Positions 1-12,300 of a DNA stretch of 25,821 bases are shown piece after piece; the first letter of the stretch is position 1; each line of letters starts with the position of its first letter. A program made the position numbers and the translations under genes. The stretch covers positions 1-25,821 of the forward strand of contig NIVC01002774.1 of the NCBI GenBank assembly GCA_002269645.1. Direction: 5' to 3'. Under the pieces are notes generated by a model. That model did no database searches. It worked only from the letters and a program-made list of their open reading frames with translations, and was not told the DNA's origin. Source of the DNA: Macrostomum lignano. Taxonomy: Eukaryota.

Positions 1-136
1 ATTTTTAGCTCTGAAAGGCCACACAGGGTATTTATGGTATTAAATAAACTAATACTCTATGTTAATCTGTGCCGTTATGAATAATAAATAATTGTGGCTT
101 CTTGATGTGTCACGTTTGTGTTTGGCACTTCTTTAT

Positions 137-895
<759 letters not shown>

Positions 896-1061
896 GCATC
901 CAGATCCAGCCAGAGGGCATGGTTAGGCCGAGGCCTTCTACCTATCAGCAATACAATTAAATAGCGGTTGGTTTGTTCACCAATTAAAAACTGGAGTCAC
1001 TGCATTTCACTTTAACGTCAATATCAATTTTATGCTTGCTCAGCATCCAGCCAGTGGTTAT

Positions 1062-1246
1062 TGATTGACACACTGACAGCCTGCTAGAACGATATTCATA
1101 TCAGTGCGAATTGAGCACTTCAGCTCTGCCGTTTGTATGCAGTTCGATTACTGGGTAAATGCTGATTAAACATTTTGATCTTCTCTGCAAGGTCATCTGT
1201 CACTCATTTTAATGCCTGCATGGCAGCTCTGTATTTTCCGCTGTCA
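1062..1246. promoter_or_regulatory. Possible TALE-homeodomain (PBX/MEIS-like) motif cluster in a short unique island
   Basis: TGATTGACA at 1062-1070 (9/10 match to the PBX-MEIS/PREP consensus TGATTGACAG). TGACAG at 1074-1079 (+), 1197-1202 (-) and 1241-1246 (-). Motif match only, with no conservation data. Confidence 0.2.
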
Positions 1247-1291
1247 GCGCCCACCCTGTGTGCTTAACTGGCGTGTCTGGCTCCCCTCTGG

Positions 1292-1760
1292 CCTCTTCTC
1301 TCACTCTCTCTGCCCTCTTCTCTCACTCTTTCTACCCTCTCTTCTCTCACTCTCTCTACCCTCTCTTCTCTCACTCTCTCTACCCTCTCTTCTCTCACTC
1401 TCTCTACCCTCTCTTCTCTCACTCTCTCTACCCTCTCTTCTCTCACTCTCTCTGCCCTCTCTTCTCTCACTCTCTCTACCCTCTCTTCTCTCACTCTCTT
1501 TCCCCTCTTTAACCACTCTCCCCACTCTCCCCACTCTCCCCTCTCCCCACACTTCTCTTTCTGCCTACTCTCCCCTCTCCTCACTCTCCCACTATCCCCT
1601 ATCCTCCCACTCTCCCCTCTCTTCCATTCTCCCCACTTCCTCACTCCCCATTCCCCCCACTCCCCTCTCTCCCCAGTCTCTTCTCTCTCTCCACTATCCA
1701 CTCCCCACTCTCCTCGCTCCACCCTCTTCTCTCCCTGTCTCCCCTCTTTCCCGTCTCTGT
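1292..1760. repeat. Polypyrimidine/polypurine tract: 24-bp minisatellite followed by degenerate CACTCTCCC-like repeats
   Basis: CCCTCTCTTCTCTCACTCTCTCTA is repeated about 7 times at 1335-1502, preceded by two ~22-bp versions. The + strand is then a degenerate C/T-rich tract to about 1760. It explains the PSLLSLSL and ERVREER ORFs. Confidence 0.93.
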
Positions 1761-2085
1761 TCACATCACATCACACATCGCAGGTGCATTACTCCCCACC
1801 AGTTGCTACGGCAGTGACTAATTATAAACAAAAACAATTTCTGTTAGCTATTAGTATGACTTTCCAAGTCCTAAATCAGTAAGATGAAAAAGATCTCTCG
1901 CGCAAGTGAAAGTCGAAAGCATCAGAGAAATATTCCCTGTCAGACAAGACGCAAAGAAGACCCTAAGATTTCGTTAAATTACAGAACAGAACTGCAGTTA
2001 TGAACATCTACTAATTAGCTCTGTAACTGTAGGCCCATTCCACTTGCATGTGCAGCCGCCCTTTTTGTGAAAACCCATACCTAAC

Positions 2086-2087
<2 letters not shown>

Positions 2088-2121
<34 letters not shown>
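2088..2121. repeat. (GT)17 microsatellite
   Basis: 34 nt of perfect GT alternation, ending 5 bp before the left terminus of the putative transposon. Confidence 0.97.
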
Positions 2122-2125
<4 letters not shown>

Positions 2126-2126
2126 G

Positions 2127-2143
2127 CACGGGGCATTTGTTGG
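2127..2143 (+). repeat. Left terminal inverted repeat (candidate)
   Basis: CACGGGGCATTTGTTGG; 15/17 identity to the reverse complement of 23586-23602. Confidence 0.6.
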
Positions 2144-2840
2144 GCCATACGCATACAACGGGACCCGCGCTGTTGGGCCAAAAAAAATGTTGGGACTGTC
2201 CCATCAAGTCCGTCCAACACTTCCAAAAAACTTACAATAGCAGCTCAAAAAAATACTCTATGGATTCAGCTCGACAGCCTCTTTTTGATGGTGCAACTCA
2301 TTTTTAATAATTTTACTTTCTGAGTCCATAATTAAGCAAAAACTGGCGTCCCAATAATGAAAAATGATACAAAATTCGACCAAATCACTATTGGGACACT
2401 GAAATGGCTAATCTGCTCCCGTATATTTTTATTGGTTTTTTCTCATATTTTTACTAATAGTAGATTTCAAGCGCATTCATTTGCTGCAGTCTTTATTTCA
2501 AGACTTATATACATAGCATACATTAAATACATACAAAGCAAAGCATAGCAAAACACTTTTAAGGGTATTTTATTGTCAAAGGATGGTTCTGGATGGAGAT
2601 AAACCTAAAGAAATGACAAGGGCTTACATGTACTTCTGACTGTGATGGGCATCAGTAGTACTCTACACGAACTAAATTGTTAGGACAGTGTTGCAGTGTT
2701 GAATACAACAGCCTACTCTTGTTAGGACTTGCTATTGACTGCTGCGCGCATTCGATATTCTATAAATTGTTGGGACTGTGTGCTACAGTGTCGTTTACAA
2801 TAGCCCACTCTATTAGGACTTACCCCGTACATGTTAGGAC
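2138..2840. repeat. Cluster of dispersed 9-bp motifs T(G/A)TT(G/A)GG(A/C)C (subterminal-repeat-like)
   Basis: Copies at 2138, 2171, 2188, 2389, 2678, 2720, 2768, 2811 and 2832 on +, and 2348-2356 on -. That is ten copies in ~700 bp against roughly 0.04 expected for uniform base composition. Confidence 0.85.
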
Positions 2841-2971
2841 TAAGCCCTACCCCCCTGTGTACATGGCTCCAATTTACCAGAGTCCCCTTGCTAGTTAAGT
2901 GTACATTTATTTTGGTCTATTATTGACGCCACCCCGCAAACTACGGTAAACAAAATTGGCATGTACTCGCT

Positions 2972-3215
2972 ATGCTGAAATCAATGGTCAACTCTGCCTC
3001 TGCCATGGCACCCGAGTCACCATGGTATGGAAAGAACAGCATGGAATGGCACAGCGATAAAATGTAAGTGGTATTAAAAAAATTGTCGGAAACAAGAAGC
3101 ATTTATATTTAAATGCTATAAAAAATACTGCTCCTACTATTTCTATCTCTACTTCAGGGATATCATCTTTGCTAACTGCATGTGGCGCAATTGCCAAAGG
3201 ATCCGTCGACTTTAA
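2972..3215 (+). pseudogene. Possible relic spliced coding fragment of unknown product inside the element
   Basis: A canonical-looking 94-nt intron at 3064-3157 (GTAAGT...CTACTTCAG) joins 2972-3063 to 3158-3215 in frame, giving MLKSMVNSASAMAPESPWYGKNSMEWHSDKMDIIFANCMWRNCQRIRRL*. I do not recognise a family. Confidence 0.2.
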
Positions 3216-3301
3216 CCGGTAGCTGTAAAAGCTTTGAGTAAAACTTGACATTTCGTCTGAATCCATTGACATTCAATAGCCTACGTGTCCAACCACAAAA
3301 A

Positions 3302-6300
3302 TTATAAGTTTTTACTTTTAACTCTCAGATTGGGTCTTAGCAGATTCTATAGCTATGCATGCAAGGGCCCCTCAGAGGAGATGCTTAAACACTGCAGTGC
3401 ATTTTTCCTAGCAATTATTGGGACACGAAGTGTTGGGCCACTGTGTGTGTGTGTCTAGTTTTTTCCGCATTTGTTAAGTCACCTAAAGAACTCAATTAAT
3501 AAAGGGCTCCAGAACAAATTGATGGGCAAACGGATGACACACTGCACAGAGACTTGTTGGGACATATTAAAAACAGCTTATTTTAGAATGGGTACACTTT
3601 ACTAAAGTAGAATGCTCCTACAGAAAGCTGCAAGCAAACTAGCATCTTCTGGAGCTGACATGCAGAGAAGAATGATTTTGTCGTCCTTGAAATCACTAAA
3701 TAGATATGCGAAATCGATCTTTTGCTAATCCCACCACAGGTTCCAGTGAAAAGAAGAAACGAAACCCATTGACTAAATTGGCAGTCGACTCAATCGATGC
3801 CGACTGCAACGGACCTGTCAGCTTCGAACTCAGGAGAGCAGCTAATAGTCTACGAGAGTAATGCTAGATGCCAGAATGCTTCACAGCATCAAAGTCTTAA
3901 GCAGAAGCTTCAATGAAAGGTTAGTTCATGCTGTGGCTGCATTCGTTTTCGTGTCTAGAAGCGTTATAACTTTTTGTACTTTTAACTCTCAGATCGGGTC
4001 TTAGCAGATTCTATAGCTATGCATGCAAGGGCCCCTCAGAGGAGATGCTTAAACACTGCAGTGCATTTTTCCTAGCAATTATTGGGACACGAAGTGTTGG
4101 GCCACTGTGTGTGTGTGTCTAGTTTTTTCCGCATTTGTTAAGTCACCTAAAGAACTCAATTAATAAAGGGCTCCAGAACAAATTGATGGGCAAACGGATG
4201 ACACACTGCACAGAGACTTGTTGGGACATATTAAAAACAGCTTATTTTAGAATGGGTACACTTTACTAAAGTAGAATGCTCCTACAGAAAGCTGCAAGCA
4301 AACTAGCATCTTCTGGAGCTGACATGCAGAGAAGAATGATTTTGTCGTCCTTGAAATCACTAAATAGATATGCGAAATCGATCTTTTGCTAATCCCACCA
4401 CAGGTTCCAGTGAAAAGAAGAAACGAAACCCATTGACTAAATTGGCAGTCGACTCAATCGATGCCGACTGCAACGGACCTGTCAGCTTCGAACTCAGGAG
4501 AGCAGCTAATAGTCTACGAGAGTAATGCTAGATGCCAGAATGCTTCACAGCATCAAAGTCTTAAGCAGAAGCTTCAATGAAAGGTTAGTTCATGCTGTGG
4601 CTGCATTCGTTTTCGTGTCTAGAAGCGTTATAACTTTTTGTACTTTTAACTCTCAGATCGGGTCTTAGCAGATTCTATAGCTATGCATGCAAGGGCCCCT
4701 CAGAGGAGATGCTTAAACACTGCAGTGCATTTTTCCTAGCAATTATTGGGACACGAAGTGTTGGGCCACTGTGTGTGTGTGTCTAGTTTTTTCCGCATTT
4801 GTTAAGTCACCTAAAGAACTCAATTAATAAAGGGCTCCAGAACAAATTGATGGGCAAACGGATGACACACTGCACAGAGACTTGTTGGGACATATTAAAA
4901 ACAGCTTATTTTAGAATGGGTACACTTTACTAAAGTAGAATGCTCCTACAGAAAGCTGCAAGCAAACTAGCATCTTCTGGAGCTGACATGCAGAGAAGAA
5001 TGATTTTGTCGTCCTTGAAATCACTAAATAGATATGCGAAATCGATCTTTTGCTAATCCCACCACAGGTTCCAGTGAAAAGAAGAAACGAAACCCATTGA
5101 CTAAATTGGCAGTCGACTCAATCGATGCCGACTGCAACGGACCTGTCAGCTTCGAACTCAGGAGAGCAGCTAATAGTCTACGAGAGTAATGCTAGATGCC
5201 AGAATGCTTCACAGCATCAAAGTCTTAAGCAGAAGCTTCAATGAAAGGTTAGTTCATGCTGTGGCTGCATTCGTTTTCGTGTCTAGAAGCGTTATAACTT
5301 TTTGTACTTTTAACTCTCAGATCGGGTCTTAGCAGATTCTATAGCTATGCATGCAAGGGCCCCTCAGAGGAGATGCTTAAACACTGCAGTGCATTTTTCC
5401 TAGCAATTATTGGGACACGAAGTGTTGGGCCACTGTGTGTGTGTGTCTAGTTTTTTCCGCATTTGTTAAGTCACCTAAAGAACTCAATTAATAAAGGGCT
5501 CCAGAACAAATTGATGGGCAAACGGATGACACACTGCACAGAGACTTGTTGGGACATATTAAAAACAGCTTATTTTAGAATGGGTACACTTTACTAAAGT
5601 AGAATGCTCCTACAGAAAGCTGCAAGCAAACTAGCATCTTCTGGAGCTGACATGCAGAGAAGAATGATTTTGTCGTCCTTGAAATCACTAAATAGATATG
5701 CGAAATCGATCTTTTGCTAATCCCACCACAGGTTCCAGTGAAAAGAAGAAACGAAACCCATTGACTAAATTGGCAGTCGACTCAATCGATGCCGACTGCA
5801 ACGGACCTGTCAGCTTCGAACTCAGGAGAGCAGCTAATAGTCTACGAGAGTAATGCTAGATGCCAGAATGCTTCACAGCATCAAAGTCTTAAGCAGAAGC
5901 TTCAATGAAAGGTTAGTTCATGCTGTGGCTGCATTCGTTTTCGTGTCTAGAAGCGTTATAACTTTTTGTACTTTTAACTCTCAGATCGGGTCTTAGCAGA
6001 TTCTATAGCTATGCATGCAAGGGCCCCTCAGAGGAGATGCTTAAACACTGCAGTGCATTTTTCCTAGCAATTATTGGGACACGAAGTGTTGGGCCACTGT
6101 GTGTGTGTGTCTAGTTTTTTCCGCATTTGTTAAGTCACCTAAAGAACTCAATTAATAAAGGGCTCCAGAACAAATTGATGGGCAAACGGATGACACACTG
6201 CACAGAGACTTGTTGGGACATATTAAAAACAGCTTATTTTAGAATGGGTACACTTTACTAAAGTAGAATGCTCCTACAGAAAGCTGCAAGCAAACTAGCA

Positions 6301-9300
6301 TCTTCTGGAGCTGACATGCAGAGAAGAATGATTTTGTCGTCCTTGAAATCACTAAATAGATATGCGAAATCGATCTTTTGCTAATCCCACCACAGGTTCC
6401 AGTGAAAAGAAGAAACGAAACCCATTGACTAAATTGGCAGTCGACTCAATCGATGCCGACTGCAACGGACCTGTCAGCTTCGAACTCAGGAGAGCAGCTA
6501 ATAGTCTACGAGAGTAATGCTAGATGCCAGAATGCTTCACAGCATCAAAGTCTTAAGCAGAAGCTTCAATGAAAGGTTAGTTCATGCTGTGGCTGCATTC
6601 GTTTTCGTGTCTAGAAGCGTTATAACTTTTTGTACTTTTAACTCTCAGATCGGGTCTTAGCAGATTCTATAGCTATGCATGCAAGGGCCCCTCAGAGGAG
6701 ATGCTTAAACACTGCAGTGCATTTTTCCTAGCAATTATTGGGACACGAAGTGTTGGGCCACTGTGTGTGTGTCTAGTTTTTTCCGCATTTGTTAAGTCAC
6801 CTAAAGAACTCAATTAATAAAGGGCTCCAGAACAAATTGATGGGCAAACGGATGACACACTGCACAGAGACTTGTTGGGACATATTAAAAACAGCTTATT
6901 TTAGAATGGGTACACTTTACTAAAGTAGAATGCTCCTACAGAAAGCTGCAAGCAAACTAGCATCTTCTGGAGCTGACATGCAGAGAAGAATGATTTTGTC
7001 GTCCTTGAAATCACTAAATAGATATGCGAAATCGATCTTTTGCTAATCCCACCACAGGTTCCAGTGAAAAGAAGAAACGAAACCCATTGACTAAATTGGC
7101 AGTCGACTCAATCGATGCCGACTGCAACGGACCTGTCAGCTTCGAACTCAGGAGAGCAGCTAATAGTCTACGAGAGTAATGCTAGATGCCAGAATGCTTC
7201 ACAGCATCAAAGTCTTAAGCAGAAGCTTCAATGAAAGGTTAGTTCATGCTGTGGCTGCATTCGTTTTCGTGTCTAGAAGCGTTATAACTTTTTGTACTTT
7301 TAACTCTCAGATCGGGTCTTAGCAGATTCTATAGCTATGCATGCAAGGGCCCCTCAGAGGAGATGCTTAAACACTGCAGTGCATTTTTCCTAGCAATTAT
7401 TGGGACACGAAGTGTTGGGCCACTGTGTGTGTGTGTCTAGTTTTTTCCGCATTTGTTAAGTCACCTAAAGAACTCAATTAATAAAGGGCTCCAGAACAAA
7501 TTGATGGGCAAACGGATGACACACTGCACAGAGACTTGTTGGGACATATTAAAAACAGCTTATTTTAGAATGGGTACACTTTACTAAAGTAGAATGCTCC
7601 TACAGAAAGCTGCAAGCAAACTAGCATCTTCTGGAGCTGACATGCAGAGAAGAATGATTTTGTCGTCCTTGAAATCACTAAATAGATATGCGAAATCGAT
7701 CTTTTGCTAATCCCACCACAGGTTCCAGTGAAAAGAAGAAACGAAACCCATTGACTAAATTGGCAGTCGACTCAATCGATGCCGACTGCAACGGACCTGT
7801 CAGCTTCGAACTCAGGAGAGCAGCTAATAGTCTACGAGAGTAATGCTAGATGCCAGAATGCTTCACAGCATCAAAGTCTTAAGCAGAAGCTTCAATGAAA
7901 GGTTAGTTCATGCTGTGGCTGCATTCGTTTTCGTGTCTAGAAGCGTTATAACTTTTTGTACTTTTAACTCTCAGATCGGGTCTTAGCAGATTCTATAGCT
8001 ATGCATGCAAGGGCCCCTCAGAGGAGATGCTTAAACACTGCAGTGCATTTTTCCTAGCAATTATTGGGACACGAAGTGTTGGGCCACTGTGTGTGTGTCT
8101 AGTTTTTTCCGCATTTGTTAAGTCACCTAAAGAACTCAATTAATAAAGGGCTCCAGAACAAATTGATGGGCAAACGGATGACACACTGCACAGAGACTTG
8201 TTGGGACATATTAAAAACAGCTTATTTTAGAATGGGTACACTTTACTAAAGTAGAATGCTCCTACAGAAAGCTGCAAGCAAACTAGCATCTTCTGGAGCT
8301 GACATGCAGAGAAGAATGATTTTGTCGTCCTTGAAATCACTAAATAGATATGCGAAATCGATCTTTTGCTAATCCCACCACAGGTTCCAGTGAAAAGAAG
8401 AAACGAAACCCATTGACTAAATTGGCAGTCGACTCAATCGATGCCGACTGCAACGGACCTGTCAGCTTCGAACTCAGGAGAGCAGCTAATAGTCTACGAG
8501 AGTAATGCTAGATGCCAGAATGCTTCACAGCATCAAAGTCTTAAGCAGAAGCTTCAATGAAAGGTTAGTTCATGCTGTGGCTGCATTCGTTTTCGTGTCT
8601 AGAAGCGTTATAACTTTTTGTACTTTTAACTCTCAGATCGGGTCTTAGCAGATTCTATAGCTATGCATGCAAGGGCCCCTCAGAGGAGATGCTTAAACAC
8701 TGCAGTGCATTTTTCCTAGCAATTATTGGGACACGAAGTGTTGGGCCACTGTGTGTGTGTCTAGTTTTTTCCGCATTTGTTAAGTCACCTAAAGAACTCA
8801 ATTAATAAAGGGCTCCAGAACAAATTGATGGGCAAACGGATGACACACTGCACAGAGACTTGTTGGGACATATTAAAAACAGCTTATTTTAGAATGGGTA
8901 CACTTTACTAAAGTAGAATGCTCCTACAGAAAGCTGCAAGCAAACTAGCATCTTCTGGAGCTGACATGCAGAGAAGAATGATTTTGTCGTCCTTGAAATC
9001 ACTAAATAGATATGCGAAATCGATCTTTTGCTAATCCCACCACAGGTTCCAGTGAAAAGAAGAAACGAAACCCATTGACTAAATTGGCAGTCGACTCAAT
9101 CGATGCCGACTGCAACGGACCTGTCAGCTTCGAACTCAGGAGAGCAGCTAATAGTCTACGAGAGTAATGCTAGATGCCAGAATGCTTCACAGCATCAAAG
9201 TCTTAAGCAGAAGCTTCAATGAAAGGTTAGTTCATGCTGTGGCTGCATTCGTTTTCGTGTCTAGAAGCGTTATAACTTTTTGTACTTTTAACTCTCAGAT

Positions 9301-12300
9301 CGGGTCTTAGCAGATTCTATAGCTATGCATGCAAGGGCCCCTCAGAGGAGATGCTTAAACACTGCAGTGCATTTTTCCTAGCAATTATTGGGACACGAAG
9401 TGTTGGGCCACTGTGTGTGTGTCTAGTTTTTTCCGCATTTGTTAAGTCACCTAAAGAACTCAATTAATAAAGGGCTCCAGAACAAATTGATGGGCAAACG
9501 GATGACACACTGCACAGAGACTTGTTGGGACATATTAAAAACAGCTTATTTTAGAATGGGTACACTTTACTAAAGTAGAATGCTCCTACAGAAAGCTGCA
9601 AGCAAACTAGCATCTTCTGGAGCTGACATGCAGAGAAGAATGATTTTGTCGTCCTTGAAATCACTAAATAGATATGCGAAATCGATCTTTTGCTAATCCC
9701 ACCACAGGTTCCAGTGAAAAGAAGAAACGAAACCCATTGACTAAATTGGCAGTCGACTCAATCGATGCCGACTGCAACGGACCTGTCAGCTTCGAACTCA
9801 GGAGAGCAGCTAATAGTCTACGAGAGTAATGCTAGATGCCAGAATGCTTCACAGCATCAAAGTCTTAAGCAGAAGCTTCAATGAAAGGTTAGTTCATGCT
9901 GTGGCTGCATTCGTTTTCGTGTCTAGAAGCGTTATAACTTTTTGTACTTTTAACTCTCAGATCGGGTCTTAGCAGATTCTATAGCTATGCATGCAAGGGC
10001 CCCTCAGAGGAGATGCTTAAACACTGCAGTGCATTTTTCCTAGCAATTATTGGGACACGAAGTGTTGGGCCACTGTGTGTGTGTCTAGTTTTTTCCGCAT
10101 TTGTTAAGTCACCTAAAGAACTCAATTAATAAAGGGCTCCAGAACAAATTGATGGGCAAACGGATGACACACTGCACAGAGACTTGTTGGGACATATTAA
10201 AAACAGCTTATTTTAGAATGGGTACACTTTACTAAAGTAGAATGCTCCTACAGAAAGCTGCAAGCAAACTAGCATCTTCTGGAGCTGACATGCAGAGAAG
10301 AATGATTTTGTCGTCCTTGAAATCACTAAATAGATATGCGAAATCGATCTTTTGCTAATCCCACCACAGGTTCCAGTGAAAAGAAGAAACGAAACCCATT
10401 GACTAAATTGGCAGTCGACTCAATCGATGCCGACTGCAACGGACCTGTCAGCTTCGAACTCAGGAGAGCAGCTAATAGTCTACGAGAGTAATGCTAGATG
10501 CCAGAATGCTTCACAGCATCAAAGTCTTAAGCAGAAGCTTCAATGAAAGGTTAGTTCATGCTGTGGCTGCATTCGTTTTCGTGTCTAGAAGCGTTATAAC
10601 TTTTTGTACTTTTAACTCTCAGATCGGGTCTTAGCAGATTCTATAGCTATGCATGCAAGGGCCCCTCAGAGGAGATGCTTAAACACTGCAGTGCATTTTT
10701 CCTAGCAATTATTGGGACACGAAGTGTTGGGCCACTGTGTGTGTGTCTAGTTTTTTCCGCATTTGTTAAGTCACCTAAAGAACTCAATTAATAAAGGGCT
10801 CCAGAACAAATTGATGGGCAAACGGATGACACACTGCACAGAGACTTGTTGGGACATATTAAAAACAGCTTATTTTAGAATGGGTACACTTTACTAAAGT
10901 AGAATGCTCCTACAGAAAGCTGCAAGCAAACTAGCATCTTCTGGAGCTGACATGCAGAGAAGAATGATTTTGTCGTCCTTGAAATCACTAAATAGATATG
11001 CGAAATCGATCTTTTGCTAATCCCACCACAGGTTCCAGTGAAAAGAAGAAACGAAACCCATTGACTAAATTGGCAGTCGACTCAATCGATGCCGACTGCA
11101 ACGGACCTGTCAGCTTCGAACTCAGGAGAGCAGCTAATAGTCTACGAGAGTAATGCTAGATGCCAGAATGCTTCACAGCATCAAAGTCTTAAGCAGAAGC
11201 TTCAATGAAAGGTTAGTTCATGCTGTGGCTGCATTCGTTTTCGTGTCTAGAAGCGTTATAACTTTTTGTACTTTTAACTCTCAGATCGGGTCTTAGCAGA
11301 TTCTATAGCTATGCATGCAAGGGCCCCTCAGAGGAGATGCTTAAACACTGCAGTGCATTTTTCCTAGCAATTATTGGGACACGAAGTGTTGGGCCACTGT
11401 GTGTGTGTCTAGTTTTTTCCGCATTTGTTAAGTCACCTAAAGAACTCAATTAATAAAGGGCTCCAGAACAAATTGATGGGCAAACGGATGACACACTGCA
11501 CAGAGACTTGTTGGGACATATTAAAAACAGCTTATTTTAGAATGGGTACACTTTACTAAAGTAGAATGCTCCTACAGAAAGCTGCAAGCAAACTAGCATC
11601 TTCTGGAGCTGACATGCAGAGAAGAATGATTTTGTCGTCCTTGAAATCACTAAATAGATATGCGAAATCGATCTTTTGCTAATCCCACCACAGGTTCCAG
11701 TGAAAAGAAGAAACGAAACCCATTGACTAAATTGGCAGTCGACTCAATCGATGCCGACTGCAACGGACCTGTCAGCTTCGAACTCAGGAGAGCAGCTAAT
11801 AGTCTACGAGAGTAATGCTAGATGCCAGAATGCTTCACAGCATCAAAGTCTTAAGCAGAAGCTTCAATGAAAGGTTAGTTCATGCTGTGGCTGCATTCGT
11901 TTTCGTGTCTAGAAGCGTTATAACTTTTTGTACTTTTAACTCTCAGATCGGGTCTTAGCAGATTCTATAGCTATGCATGCAAGGGCCCCTCAGAGGAGAT
12001 GCTTAAACACTGCAGTGCATTTTTCCTAGCAATTATTGGGACACGAAGTGTTGGGCCACTGTGTGTGTGTCTAGTTTTTTCCGCATTTGTTAAGTCACCT
12101 AAAGAACTCAATTAATAAAGGGCTCCAGAACAAATTGATGGGCAAACGGATGACACACTGCACAGAGACTTGTTGGGACATATTAAAAACAGCTTATTTT
12201 AGAATGGGTACACTTTACTAAAGTAGAATGCTCCTACAGAAAGCTGCAAGCAAACTAGCATCTTCTGGAGCTGACATGCAGAGAAGAATGATTTTGTCGT

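Noticed and set aside
1212-1817. 201-aa and overlapping ORFs (PSLLSLSL, ERVREER)
   Set aside because: These are by-products of the 24-bp pyrimidine minisatellite.
2988-3272. 94-aa minus-strand ORF
   Set aside because: No recognisable family. It runs antisense across a plus-strand intron-like AT-rich stretch, and its length is compatible with chance.
3416-3465. Helitron-like 3' end (CTAG followed by T run) in each unit
   Set aside because: The only upstream hairpin has a 4-bp stem and lies over 20 nt away, with no 16-20 bp GC-rich palindrome. The TIR/TSD evidence fits a cut-and-paste element better.
3740-3919. 180-nt AG/GT-bounded segment as a repeated in-frame exon of a giant repetitive protein
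   Set aside because: All three frames contain stop codons.
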